From: Candidatus Latescibacterota bacterium
Lineage (GTDB): Bacteria; Latescibacterota; UBA2968; UBA8231
Length of the DNA: 64,000 bases
Reading direction: 5' to 3'
NCBI GenBank assembly: GCA_965204725.1
Contig: OZ242005.1
Span: 128,001-192,000, forward strand
This document shows, piece after piece, positions 8,533-18,391 of this stretch (positions are counted from its first letter, which is position 1; each line of letters starts with the position of its first letter). A model generated the notes under the pieces. It did not search any database. It saw only the letters and a list, made by a program, of their open reading frames with translations, and had not been told where the DNA came from. Made by a program: the position numbers and the translations under genes.

Positions 8533-10422
8533 ATGGCCGACGATTGGTACGACGTGATTGTGAAAAAAGACCTAATGGTATCCATGCGCGACGGCGTCCG
8601 CTTGGCGACGGATTTGTATGTTCCCGCGTGCGATGGGCAGCCAGCACCCGGGAAGTTCCCCGCAGTCTTTCACCGTACGCCCTACGACAAAAGCGACGTA
8701 GAGCGCAACGGGCACTACGGCCGGTTTTTCGCCCAGCGCGGATACGTCTCCGTGTACCAAGACTGCCGAGGGACGTTCCAATCCGAGGGGGATGTGAACT
8801 TCCTCATTCCCGAGGCTGAGGACGGGTACGACACCTTGCTGTGGATCGACCAGCAGCCGTGGAGCAATGGCAAGGTGGGGTCGTGGGGAACCTCGTGGTC
8901 GGGCTGGACGCAAACGGCCATGGCGGCATTGGGGCCGACAAACCTAAAGGCCATGATCGTCAACATGAGCGGGGCCGACGCGCACGAGTCTTCAGTGCGG
9001 CACGGCGGCGCCCTAGAGCTGCGGTTTTTGGCGTGGGCGTTTTGGCATTCGGCAGCCAACACGCAGCGCGCCCTAAAAGCCGACCCCGCCGTGGATGCCG
9101 CCCTGAACTTGGGGGCACCGGCCTTTGCCGACTGGCTCACGCGGATGCCGCTCCGCAAGGGACAGACCCAGCTCAAATTGGTGCCGCCCTACCAAAAGTG
9201 GGCGTTGGACTTGCAGACTAAGGCCGACTACGACGAATACTGGCAGCATCCTAGTTACTCGCCGGTGCTCTTTTGGGACGACTTCCCGGACGTGCCGATT
9301 TTGCTCATTGGGGGCTGGTACGATTCGTACACGCGCTCGACGTGCAAAAACTACGCGGGGCTGGCGGCTTGCAAGCAAGGGCCGGTGCAGATGCTCATGG
9401 GGCCGTGGACCCACGGAACGCAAACCCTAGAGCAGAGCTTTGCCGGCGACGTGGAGTTTGGCGAGGACGCGGCCCTCAACGACTTCCGCGACCTGCATCT
9501 GCGCTACTTCGACTGGGCACTCAAGGGCATAGACAACAGCGCAGCGAGCGAGCCGCCGGTGCGGATCTTCGCCATGGGCGGCGGTGGAGGCCATCGCACT
9601 AGTAGCGGCCGGCTCTTTCACGGCGGGCATTGGCGCGACGAGGCCGAGTGGCCGTTGGCGAGGACGCGCTATACCAAGTACTACCTCCACGGCGACAGCA
9701 CCTTGTCGCCGGAAGAGCCGGCCGCCGAGGGCGGCGATACCGTCTATCGCTTCGACCCGGCCAATCCAGTGCCCTCCATCGGCGGCAATGTCTCGTCGCT
9801 TTCCGAGATCGGCCCGCTGCCCCCGGGCGTGGGTGCGGCGGCCAATGCGCCGTGGCGGGCGCGGGTGGAGCAGTTGATGGTGCCGGGCGGGTTCGATCAG
9901 GTGGAAAGACCGGAGTTTTACGGTTGCACCCCACCCTATCTACCGCTGGGCTCGCGGCCGGATGTGTTGGTTTTTGCCACAGAGCCGCTGGCCGAGGATG
10001 TGGAGGTGACCGGGCCGATAGAGGTGGCGTTGTGGGTGTCGTCGTCTGCGCCGGATACCGACTTTACCGCCAAGCTGATCGATTGCTATCCACCGAGCCG
10101 CTGGTATCCGCATGGCTACGCACTCAACCTGACCGACAGCATCGCGCGCCTGCGCTATCGCAACGGCCGCGAAACGGGCGAGCCGCTGCCGCCGGGCGAG
10201 GTCGCCGCGCTGGCGATTACGCTCTACCCAACGAGTAACGTGTTTGCCGCCGGGCATCAGATCCGCCTCGACATTTCCAGCTCGAACTTCCCCCGCTTCG
10301 ACGTCAATCCCAATACCGGCGACCCCATCGGCGCAGAGCGGCGACGACAGGGAGCGGACAACCGAATTCACCACAATGCGGCGCAGGCTTCGCACGTGGT
10401 GTTGCCAATTATTCCAACTTAG
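8533..10422 (+). CDS. CocE/NonD (X-Pro dipeptidyl-peptidase S15) family hydrolase
   Basis: MRDGVRLATDLY, RTPY, GTSW nucleophile elbow, GGWYD, GPWTH, ISSSNFPRFD; AGGAG RBS before ATG 8533. Confidence 0.93.
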   Translation: MADDWYDVIVKKDLMVSMRDGVRLATDLYVPACDGQPAPGKFPAVFHRTPYDKSDVERNGHYGRFFAQRGYVSVYQDCRGTFQSEGDVNFLIPEAEDGYDTLLWIDQQPWSNGKVGSWGTSWSGWTQTAMAALGPTNLKAMIVNMSGADAHESSVRHGGALELRFLAWAFWHSAANTQRALKADPAVDAALNLGAPAFADWLTRMPLRKGQTQLKLVPPYQKWALDLQTKADYDEYWQHPSYSPVLFWDDFPDVPILLIGGWYDSYTRSTCKNYAGLAACKQGPVQMLMGPWTHGTQTLEQSFAGDVEFGEDAALNDFRDLHLRYFDWALKGIDNSAASEPPVRIFAMGGGGGHRTSSGRLFHGGHWRDEAEWPLARTRYTKYYLHGDSTLSPEEPAAEGGDTVYRFDPANPVPSIGGNVSSLSEIGPLPPGVGAAANAPWRARVEQLMVPGGFDQVERPEFYGCTPPYLPLGSRPDVLVFATEPLAEDVEVTGPIEVALWVSSSAPDTDFTAKLIDCYPPSRWYPHGYALNLTDSIARLRYRNGRETGEPLPPGEVAALAITLYPTSNVFAAGHQIRLDISSSNFPRFDVNPNTGDPIGAERRRQGADNRIHHNAAQASHVVLPIIPT

Positions 10423-10432
10423 GAGACTCATC

Positions 10433-11596
10433 ATGGAACAGTTGCAGTTGGCCCTCGTGGGTTGTGGCGGCATGGCCGGGGCCCACGTGCGCGGCTTGGC
10501 AGAGTTAGCCGAGGCCGGGATCGACGATATTCAGGTGGTGGCCTGTTGCGACTTGGTGGCGACGCAGGCGCGACAGCGGGCCGCTGAGATCGCCGAGTTT
10601 CAGGGGCGCGAGCCGGCCGTCTATACCGACGTGGAGCGGATGCTCACCGACGAGGAGGGCCTCGACGCGGTAGATATCTGCGCCCTGCACTCGCAACACC
10701 ACGTCCTCGCCGTAGCCTGTCTAGCGGCGGGCAAGCACGTGATCATCGAAAAGCCGCTGGCGATCACCTTGCGTGCCGGTCGCCAGATAATCAATGCGGC
10801 CGTGGATAATCGCCGTCAGCTTGCCGTAGCGGAAAACTACCGCCGCTCGCCGCAGGAGCGGGCCAGAGCTTGGGCGGTGGCCAGCGGGCAGATCGGCCAG
10901 CCGCGCACCTTCTACTGGCAGGAAGCGGGCTTGCGGTTGGGCAAGTGGGGCTGGCGCAACTTCAAGCGCGACGCCGGCGCCGGCTGGATTCTCGATGGCG
11001 GCGTGCATTTTGCCGATTTGTTCCGCTACCACTTGGGCACTGAGGCGCGGCAGGTGGTGGCGCGCGTAAACCGCTTTGAGCCGTATCGCTACGACGACCC
11101 GGTCGAGCGCACAGGGGCGTGGCCCGTGGATGTGGAGGACTGCGCCATGGCACTGATCGACTTTGAGGGCGGCGCGGTGGTGCAGTGGACTTGGCAAGGG
11201 TCAGCACCGGGACAGGACTTTGGCAAGCGCGTCCTCTACGGCAGCGAGGGCTGCATTGATTGGGACAGTGGGCTGTGGACCCGCACCGGCGAGAACACGT
11301 CGACCGAGGACTTGGTCGCGGCGCATCAGCGCAGCCTCTCAGCAGACGAGCGCGAGCGGCTGTTCCCTAGGGGCGTAGAAAGCCCCATTGCTACCGAACT
11401 GAAGGATTTCGCCGACGCTGTGCGGGGGCAAGGTACGCCCGAAGTGGATGGCCTAGACGGCTATCGCTCGCAGGCGATTTGCATGGCGATTTTTGAATCG
11501 GCGTGGTTTAACAGACCAGTGAGCTTGGCCGAGATTGAGCGCGGCGACCTAGAGGGCTACCAAGCCGAAATCGACCAAGCGTTGGGGATTGCTTAG
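10433..11596 (+). CDS. Gfo/Idh/MocA family oxidoreductase
   Basis: VGCGGMA, GKHVIIEKP, LDGGVHFAD; AGGAG RBS before ATG 10433. Confidence 0.92.
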   Translation: MEQLQLALVGCGGMAGAHVRGLAELAEAGIDDIQVVACCDLVATQARQRAAEIAEFQGREPAVYTDVERMLTDEEGLDAVDICALHSQHHVLAVACLAAGKHVIIEKPLAITLRAGRQIINAAVDNRRQLAVAENYRRSPQERARAWAVASGQIGQPRTFYWQEAGLRLGKWGWRNFKRDAGAGWILDGGVHFADLFRYHLGTEARQVVARVNRFEPYRYDDPVERTGAWPVDVEDCAMALIDFEGGAVVQWTWQGSAPGQDFGKRVLYGSEGCIDWDSGLWTRTGENTSTEDLVAAHQRSLSADERERLFPRGVESPIATELKDFADAVRGQGTPEVDGLDGYRSQAICMAIFESAWFNRPVSLAEIERGDLEGYQAEIDQALGIA

Positions 11597-11720
11597 AAGT
11601 GGTCTGACAATCCACCTTGGGCGTGTTGAACAAGCCTCTTTCGTCATTCCCGCGAACGCGGGAATCCAGCCGGGATCGTTTAGACGCAAGCGACGACTAC
11701 CAGAGTTTGCAGGCCGCTTC
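11596..11720. mobile_element. MITE copy 1 carrying an ATTCCC-N8-GGGAAT palindrome
   Basis: Degenerate TIRs GAAGTGGTCTGACAA / TTTGCAGGCCGCTTC, TTA on both flanks, colinear with the reverse complement of 33226-33360; palindrome at 11642-11669. Confidence 0.8.
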
Positions 11721-11728
11721 TTAGGCCG

Positions 11729-12325
11729 CTAGCGCTTCCCCAAAACCTCCTCGAATAACTCGGGATACCGCCGCTGCAACGCCAGCAGCCTGCTCGCTGT
11801 CCCCACCGGCGTCACGCGAGCAAAGCGCGGAATGGGTTGCCGCTCTTGGAGAATGCCTCCTTGCTGCTCTACCTCCGCAAGGGCGAGCGGTCGGCGACCC
11901 AGCGCGTAGAACAGTGCCGGTTCGAGTTGCACAAGGGCCGGAAGATCCCTCGGCTCGGCTCGCCCCAGCGCAGTGCCGACGTACACGGCGACTTTTCCAC
12001 CGGCGACAAATCCCGGCTCGTTCCCTTCCCATAGGAACTGCACTCCGTCCGGTACGCTCTGCGGAAGGAGCGACGACACCGCATCGGTTGGGTCTAGCGA
12101 GAACGGACGAGTCGATTGAGCGAAGGCGACCTCGCAGCCGATTTCCTCAAGCACCTCTCTCGACAGGGCGTCCTCGACAGTCTCGCCTTCCTCGACCGTG
12201 CCCCCTATACAGCCCATGCCAATCTCCAAGACTCCGTTTGGCTGACGCCTCCATTTTGCCGGCTTCTGGAGTTCAAAGAGGAGTCTATCTTCAACGCTTA
12301 AAAGGATTGCAACGCCAAGGATCAT
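11729..12325 (-). CDS. NUDIX hydrolase-like protein
   Basis: Nudix box GGTVEEGETVEDALSREVLEEIG. Confidence 0.85.
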   Translation of the reverse strand: MILGVAILLSVEDRLLFELQKPAKWRRQPNGVLEIGMGCIGGTVEEGETVEDALSREVLEEIGCEVAFAQSTRPFSLDPTDAVSSLLPQSVPDGVQFLWEGNEPGFVAGGKVAVYVGTALGRAEPRDLPALVQLEPALFYALGRRPLALAEVEQQGGILQERQPIPRFARVTPVGTASRLLALQRRYPELFEEVLGKR

Positions 12326-12894
12326 TCAGAGTCTCCAAGCGGATGCAGATCAATCGGCGTGAAAACACCATAAAAACCATATTTGACGCCCTGTTGATCG
12401 CCCTTGCCGGGCGGAAAGTATTCTTCTACAAGGGCCAATAATCGACGACCAAATTCGGCGGCCTGTTCTTCAGACAGTCGGGCGCGGTTGTGATTGACGG
12501 ATTGCTGGAATGTCGGACCGTATAAGCCTTCGGTCGCTTCGCGAAACGCTTGATTGAACTGGCCGACGACGTCCGCTGGGACGGCCTCGGACGCCAGCGG
12601 CGCACGGACGCGAATCGCCCCGGCCGCTGGCAAACAACGCCATGCTCGGGGGCCTCCTCCATCTTCCTCCAAATGCACGACACCCGCGGACGCCAGCCGT
12701 TGCACGTGGTACAGAACCCGGGCATCGGTAACGCCCAACGTCTGCGAAATTTCCGCCACCGACTTCCCGGTCCCAAGGATTTCGAGGATGCGCCAACGCA
12801 GTGGATCGGCGAGTACGCTCGCCCGATCATCTTCAACGACGAGTACCGAGTTCTTTGCGGAGGCCGAGAAGGTCAATTCACGCCACGTGTTCAT
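12322..12894 (-). CDS. ArsR-type winged-helix transcriptional regulator
   Basis: LADPLRWRILEIL...SVAEISQTLG...VLYHVQRLASAGVV; 4-nt overlap with the NUDIX gene. Confidence 0.82.
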   Translation of the reverse strand: MNTWRELTFSASAKNSVLVVEDDRASVLADPLRWRILEILGTGKSVAEISQTLGVTDARVLYHVQRLASAGVVHLEEDGGGPRAWRCLPAAGAIRVRAPLASEAVPADVVGQFNQAFREATEGLYGPTFQQSVNHNRARLSEEQAAEFGRRLLALVEEYFPPGKGDQQGVKYGFYGVFTPIDLHPLGDSE

Positions 12895-12981
12895 TCAGAC
12901 TCTCCAGTGTGTAATCGAGATGGACCGACTCGCCTAAGTACGCGACCCCTACGTTGAGTCCGCACTTTTTAGTCTTGCCGC

Positions 12982-13036
12982 TGCGTCCGGGATCGAGGGC
13001 GTCCCGCCCTCGACGAGGGCAAGATGCCCTCGATCC
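12982..13036. repeat. REP-like doublet (GATCGAGGGC family), copy 1
   Basis: TGCGTCCGGGATCGAGGGCGTCCCGCCCTCGACGAGGGCAAGATGCCCTCGATCC is the exact reverse complement of 33364-33418. Confidence 0.85.
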
Positions 13037-13096
13037 GTTGGAGACTGGTAGTAGCTGGCCCGCAACCAAACCGGAAGCATCGCTCGCCTCAGCCAC

Positions 13097-13960
13097 CTAG
13101 ATCCCAACGCCAAACCGCTCCTCAAACTCGGCCCATACTTCGACCGGCACCTTCTGAGTCGCCGCGTCGTACGCGTCCTGGAGTTGGTCGCGGTCGGCGG
13201 GACCGCTCATGACGATGCCGTCAATGGGCGCGTTGAGGCAGAACTGCATGGCTAAGTGCTTGATATCTACGTCCTGCTTTTGGCACCACTCCCACATAGC
13301 ATGCGCACGCGGCTCAACGCCGCGGTTCGGCTCGACGCCGGTCAAGCGGCCCATGCCAAAGACGCTGGCTAAGATCAGGCCAGTGCCGTGCTTTTTGGCC
13401 AAGGGCATCGTGGTGCGGGCGACGGACTGGTCGAGCAGGGTGTAGTCGAGGAACGTGAGGACGATCTCGGCGTGGCCCGCTTTGATGGCAGCGCGGTGGA
13501 AATCGTGTGCGCGAACCCCCAAACCAAGATGCCGCACCAAGCCCTCCTCTTTCATCTTTTGCAACTCGTCAAAGGCGCGACCCGGGCCTAAGGGGTCGGC
13601 AATATCGGGGGGATCGTGGACGAGCACGGCGTCGAGGTAATCGACGCGGAGCGATTGCAGGCTTTGTTCGACGCTCCAGCGCGTGGCCTCGGCCGAAAAG
13701 TCCTTGGGGCGCGCTGGGTGCGGGCCGACCTTGGCCTGCATGTAATAGCTCGACCGCTCGACGCCGGCGAGTGCCTTGCCCCAGCGGTCCTCGTGGCGGC
13801 CAGCATAGCTGTCGAAATAGTCAATGCCTAAATCGAGGGCGCGTTCAATCGTGGCGATGGTCTCGGCCTCGCCGGACGCACCGACAAAGGCTGCGCCCAT
13901 GCCGAGGGCCCGGGGCTGCATGCCCGTGCGCCCCATCTTGCGGCGCGGTAGATTGCTCAT
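13097..13960 (-). CDS. Aldo/keto reductase
   Basis: RRKMGRTG, LGMGA, ALDLGIDYFDSY, SLQSLRVDYLDAVLVHDP, KEEGLVRHLGLG; AAGGAGG RBS. Confidence 0.9.
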   Translation of the reverse strand: MSNLPRRKMGRTGMQPRALGMGAAFVGASGEAETIATIERALDLGIDYFDSYAGRHEDRWGKALAGVERSSYYMQAKVGPHPARPKDFSAEATRWSVEQSLQSLRVDYLDAVLVHDPPDIADPLGPGRAFDELQKMKEEGLVRHLGLGVRAHDFHRAAIKAGHAEIVLTFLDYTLLDQSVARTTMPLAKKHGTGLILASVFGMGRLTGVEPNRGVEPRAHAMWEWCQKQDVDIKHLAMQFCLNAPIDGIVMSGPADRDQLQDAYDAATQKVPVEVWAEFEERFGVGI

Positions 13961-14108
13961 AGCTCCAACCTCCTTATCTCGTATAACTCGCTCCATATTA
14001 GCACACGCAACGCACTCGCTCAAGGGATGGCATGGACAACGGCGAGAGCGGCGCGTTATGTTACCTCCCGTTGCACGTTGCTCGGTTCGCACTCAGCAGG
14101 ATAACGCC

Positions 14109-16121
14109 ATGTCCCAAGCCCGCGCCCTATTCGACCGCACCCTATTGCCCGAAGCCCTCGGCGAATTCGTCGTCATCGCCGATACCCACTATGCGCTAGC
14201 CGAAGGCGTCGGAATGAGCGAATTCCCCTCCCGCGCCCAACAGAGCGGGCGGGCGGGTGCGGCGTTGCGTCTGGTGGCCGCTTTGGAGCCGGATTTTGTC
14301 TTGCATCTGGGCGACGTAGTTCAAGAGTACCCCGAGAGCGCGGGCTTCGGCCCGGCCTTGGACCAAGCCCTAGCCCAGATGGCCGCCTGCGGTGTGCAGC
14401 CGCGCTGGGTAGCCGGCAACCACGACGTTGGCGACAAACCCGACCCCACCATGCCGACCCATCCGGTCACGGCCGAGGGGCTAGACGCATACCACCGGCG
14501 CTTTGGCCCGTCTTGGTACAGCTTTGACCATTGCGACCTGCACTTAGTCGTGCTCAACAGCCAAATTCTGAACACCGGCCTGCCGGCCGAGGAAGAGCAA
14601 AAAATCTGGTTGGAAGCCGACTTGGCCGCGCACACCGAGCTGCGCACCGCGGTATTTTTGCACCTGCCGCCCTATCTACACAACCCAGCCGAGCCGCATC
14701 TGGGGCACTACGACAACATCGGCGAACCGGCCCGCACTTGGCTGCTAAAGTTATTGACGGCCCACCGGGTGGCTTGGCTTTTTGCGGCCCACGTGCATTT
14801 TGTCTTTTGCGAGCGAGCGGGCGGCTTGGACTATCGCACCGTCCCCTCCCCTGCTTTTACGCGGCCCGGTTTTAGCCACTTGTTCAGCAGCGCACCGCCG
14901 CCTGAGCAGGGCCGCGACGACCGGCCCAAGCTGGGGTTTTACCTGTGTCGCCTGCGCCCCAACCGCCTCGACATCCACCTAATCCGCACCGCCTGCGCCG
15001 AAAATTGGGCACCCGAGCAACGGCGATTGCTCATCCCGGCCACGCCCGACTTGGGCGGGAGCCCATTGGGGCTGACTGCGACCCACCCACTCGGTTGGGA
15101 AGCGCAAGTCCCCACGACCTTTCCCTCCATGGTGCGGCAGCCGGTGCGCAACGACTATCCCCTGCTGGCCTGTCTCGAACTGGGCGCACAGGCCCTGCGC
15201 TGTCCCTGGACCGACCTGCACCAGTTCGGCGACCGCCTGCGCTTTTTGCGCGGCCAAGGCGTCCAAGTGCAGGCGACCCTGCTCGACGACGAGGCCACCC
15301 CGCCCGAGTCCATTATGGAAAGGCACCGCGACCAAGTGGATACTTGGGAGCTCCAGACGCCGGGCGGGCCTTGGCCATCCTCGTCGTGTCTGTATTTGCT
15401 CAGGAGCTACCACCGCAATCTGCGGCTATCCCTAGCGCCGGTGATCCCCGGCCAGCAGATAACCGGCAAACAGCACCCCCGCACCCGAGTGGGCTACCGA
15501 CCCGACGAAGTGGCCCAGCTCGATCGCCGATTGCAGGACGCAGATACTTGGATAGAAGCGGCCGTGTGCCGACTGGACGCAACGGCCCCTTGGGAAGACG
15601 CCTTGGCGTGGCGTGCGGTACATGCCCTAACCACGATGGGGCGGCTCGATTTGCTCTTTGAGTTGCCCGGGCAAAGCGACCCAGACGATGCCATCCGGGC
15701 CGCGGAAGCCCTCTTTGCAACGGCCCTGCTGCCGCGGGCACGGCTCTTTGTCGAGCCTTTTATCGATCTGGACCGCACGATGGATGTGGGCCAAGGGCTT
15801 TTGGACCCTCGGTGCAACCCCCGTCCCGCCTTTGGCGTCCTGCGCTGTCTCAATGCGCTGCTGCAACGCTTTCGCGGGCCTTTTGCCGAGGCCACTAGCC
15901 TAGAAGGCGAGGGCGCGACCGCACGGCTGCTTAGGGGGCCGACCCGCACGTTGGCCCTGCTGTTGCCAGCAGTTGCCGGGGCTACCGTGCCAGCGGCTTG
16001 GGAGGATGGGGGATGGACGCGGCTCTATCGCCTAGCCGACCAAACCGTAGAAGAGTTGGAGGACGGACGGCTAGCGGAGATAGCACTCGATCAGCCGAGC
16101 TTGGCGGTCGGCGCAAATTAG
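14109..16121 (+). CDS. Calcineurin-like metallophosphoesterase with large uncharacterised C-terminal region
   Basis: ADTH, HLGD, AGNHD, FLHLP, AHVH; CAGGA RBS before ATG 14109. Confidence 0.85.
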   Translation: MSQARALFDRTLLPEALGEFVVIADTHYALAEGVGMSEFPSRAQQSGRAGAALRLVAALEPDFVLHLGDVVQEYPESAGFGPALDQALAQMAACGVQPRWVAGNHDVGDKPDPTMPTHPVTAEGLDAYHRRFGPSWYSFDHCDLHLVVLNSQILNTGLPAEEEQKIWLEADLAAHTELRTAVFLHLPPYLHNPAEPHLGHYDNIGEPARTWLLKLLTAHRVAWLFAAHVHFVFCERAGGLDYRTVPSPAFTRPGFSHLFSSAPPPEQGRDDRPKLGFYLCRLRPNRLDIHLIRTACAENWAPEQRRLLIPATPDLGGSPLGLTATHPLGWEAQVPTTFPSMVRQPVRNDYPLLACLELGAQALRCPWTDLHQFGDRLRFLRGQGVQVQATLLDDEATPPESIMERHRDQVDTWELQTPGGPWPSSSCLYLLRSYHRNLRLSLAPVIPGQQITGKQHPRTRVGYRPDEVAQLDRRLQDADTWIEAAVCRLDATAPWEDALAWRAVHALTTMGRLDLLFELPGQSDPDDAIRAAEALFATALLPRARLFVEPFIDLDRTMDVGQGLLDPRCNPRPAFGVLRCLNALLQRFRGPFAEATSLEGEGATARLLRGPTRTLALLLPAVAGATVPAAWEDGGWTRLYRLADQTVEELEDGRLAEIALDQPSLAVGAN

Positions 16122-16807
16122 TCGATATGTTCGGTGCGGTCCGAGTCGAGCAGGGCGCGCACTTCCTCGATATTGTCCAGCCCCAGCCGAACTCGGCGGG
16201 TGAGGTCTTCCTCGGCCTCGCGCACCTTGGGCAAGGTTGCCACAACCGAGTCGAACTGGTCGTGCGGAATGACCACCACCCCGTCGCGGTCGGCGACGAC
16301 AATTTCCCCCGCATCGACGCAGGTCCCTCCCATGACCACGGGCATCCCGGCGGTCCCTGGTCCATTGCGGGTGCAGGAATTGGGCGTAATCCCCATGCAA
16401 AAGGCGGGCAGGCCGACGGGCAGGATCCCGTCAATGTCGCGCATCAGGCCGTCGGTGACAAAGCCGGCGATGCCTCGGTTGCGCCCCATGGCCAGCATGA
16501 TGTCGCCGGCGACTGCGGTGCGGGTGAACGTATCCGTAGCGATGAAGATCGCGTCTCCTCGCTGCGCGATCTCAAGCGCGGCAAACACGGCGAGGTTGTC
16601 GCCCGGCCCCGGATGACAGGTGACGATGGGCGCGACGAACTTGCAGTTATCGGGGTCGAGCGGCTTGATGCGGTAGTCGAGCGCGCCGCGACCGTTCATG
16701 CAATCGGCGATAAAGCCGGTGGGCACATTGCGCAGGGCGCGCAGGACCGCTTCTGAGGGGCGCGGGAAGTGGCGACGGACCGTGAGCAGCGGAGGGTCTT
16801 TGATCAT
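16118..16807 (-). CDS. RraA/HMG aldolase family protein
   Basis: TGFIADCM, PGDNLAV, AVAGDIM, VTDGLMRD, GEIVVADRDGVVVIP. Confidence 0.9.
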   Translation of the reverse strand: MIKDPPLLTVRRHFPRPSEAVLRALRNVPTGFIADCMNGRGALDYRIKPLDPDNCKFVAPIVTCHPGPGDNLAVFAALEIAQRGDAIFIATDTFTRTAVAGDIMLAMGRNRGIAGFVTDGLMRDIDGILPVGLPAFCMGITPNSCTRNGPGTAGMPVVMGGTCVDAGEIVVADRDGVVVIPHDQFDSVVATLPKVREAEEDLTRRVRLGLDNIEEVRALLDSDRTEHID

Positions 16808-16956
16808 GTTGGCTCCAAAGGTGAACGAGGGCGGACTATTGTACAAGAGGCCGAGGGCGGTTGTCAAATCCCAAGCCGGCCCGAGGGCTTGCACAAAGCA
16901 GTCCTAAACGACTCGAAAGCATGGAATGTTGCTCGGCCCGGTCTTTTTTATGAGGC

Positions 16957-17010
16957 GTCCTTCCCGCGTAAGAACGTCACCCCGTGCCCTGACACGGGGC
17001 GGGAATCCAG
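16957..17010. repeat. REP palindrome, long variant with inner CCCCGTG...CACGGGG hairpin
   Basis: GTCCTTCCCGCG...CCCCGTGCCCTGACACGGGGCGGGAATCCAG; near-identical inverted copies at 30084-30137 and 60168-60221. Confidence 0.85.
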
Positions 17011-17111
17011 TCAAATTAGATCTTCATATAATCCCGCCAAGTCGGAAAATGACCCCCTACCCGATCTTTGAGTTTTCTAAAGTGCTACTTTAGATTTCTC
17101 AAACATGAATT

Positions 17112-17240
17112 ACCGCCCAGATCATCTTGGTCCCGCCCTTCTACCACAATTTTGGCAAACGGCTCGTCAAATCGCCTAAAATCTATCTCGCCGACTCGGG
17201 CTTGGCTTGCCACCTACTCGGCATTGAGACCGCCGCCACC
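17112..17240 (+). pseudogene. Isolated fragment of an AAA-ATPase/DUF4143 gene
   Basis: Translates QIILVPPFYHNFGKRLVKSPKIYLADSGLACHLLGIET, the DUF4143 signature, with no start codon (TGA at 17106). Confidence 0.8.
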
Positions 17241-17249
17241 TTATCCCTT

Positions 17250-17292
17250 TTGACAATTTTCACTGTATTGGCCATTTTCAGCAAATGCTGAA
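17250..17292 (+). promoter_or_regulatory. Promoter plus palindromic operator of the AbiE-like operon
   Basis: TTGACA-N17-CATTTT ending 6 nt before the ATG; inverted repeat TTCAGCA-AA-TGCTGAA (17277-17292) over the start codon. Confidence 0.55.
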
Positions 17293-18391
17293 CATACCGG
17301 AATCAGAAAAGGACCTTGTCGATAAAGCGGCGCAAGTACTAAGCAAGACGCTGGAAAAGCCGCCTTCTATCGCGGTTGAGGCCATTGAACGAGACGTGCC
17401 GCTATCGAGGCGATGGCGCGTCGATATTTTGGCCCGCATTGATATTTTGGCTCGCATTCGGTCCGCGGGGCACTCCTATACCTTGCTATGCGAGATAAAG
17501 CGCAACGGCCAGCCGCGTCATGTGCGAAGCGCGTCGCAATACCTTTGCGCTCAAGTTCTCAGTCTCAATGATCCGAACGCCGTTCCGCTCCTTATCGCAC
17601 CCTATCTATCCCCAGCATCGCGGGCGATCTGCGAGGAGTACGAGGTTGGGTTTCTCGACTTGATGGGCAATGCACGCATCGCTTTCAATGGCGTGTTCAT
17701 CGAGCGGGCTGTTGCAGCCCCTCCCCCTTCGGAACGACGCGGCCTGCGGTCAATTTTCAGTCCTAGGGCCGCACGGATTCTGCGGATCATGTTGCGCGAT
17801 CCACGGCGGCCATGGCGCGTCTCGGCCTTGGCCGCGGCTGCCGGAGTGAGCCTCGGCCACGTTAGCAACGTGCGCCGGGCGTTGCTCGACCGAGAATGGG
17901 TTGAGCAACGCCTAGGTGGTATCGTCCTTTCGGAACCCGATGTGCTCTTGGATACTTGGCGAGATAGCTATACAGAGTCAAAGGGACTGCGCTTGGGCTA
18001 TTACACTCCCCTGCACGGCAAGTTGCTAGACGCCGCCGCTCAACGTGTGTTTCGCCTTAGTCCAGATCGAGGGCGTGCGATCTTCGCCTCTTTCTCCGCC
18101 GCTCGCTGGTTGGCCCCCTACGCCCGGACAGGTACGGACTATTTTTATGCCGACAGGTCGGGGGCCGAACATCTGTGCGAGGCCCTGAATCTGGCACCCG
18201 CATCAAAGGGCGAGAATGTAGTAATCCGCATCTCCGAAGACACGGGCATTCTCGACGACAGCATAGAGCCGGTGCCGAGCATCTTGTGTACGAGCGAAGT
18301 GCAAACCTATCTCGACCTGTATGCGGCCGGTGAACGAGGACGTGAGGCGGCTGACCACCTGCGAACAGAGAAACTGCGATGGCACCAGTAA
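17285..18391 (+). CDS. AbiEi-like type IV TA antitoxin/regulator (DUF2186-like)
   Basis: CEIK...APYLS...FLDLMGN N-domain, wHTH (WRVSALAAAAGVSLGHVSNV), C-terminal VQTYLDL...GERGREAA. Confidence 0.75.
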   Translation: MLNIPESEKDLVDKAAQVLSKTLEKPPSIAVEAIERDVPLSRRWRVDILARIDILARIRSAGHSYTLLCEIKRNGQPRHVRSASQYLCAQVLSLNDPNAVPLLIAPYLSPASRAICEEYEVGFLDLMGNARIAFNGVFIERAVAAPPPSERRGLRSIFSPRAARILRIMLRDPRRPWRVSALAAAAGVSLGHVSNVRRALLDREWVEQRLGGIVLSEPDVLLDTWRDSYTESKGLRLGYYTPLHGKLLDAAAQRVFRLSPDRGRAIFASFSAARWLAPYARTGTDYFYADRSGAEHLCEALNLAPASKGENVVIRISEDTGILDDSIEPVPSILCTSEVQTYLDLYAAGERGREAADHLRTEKLRWHQ

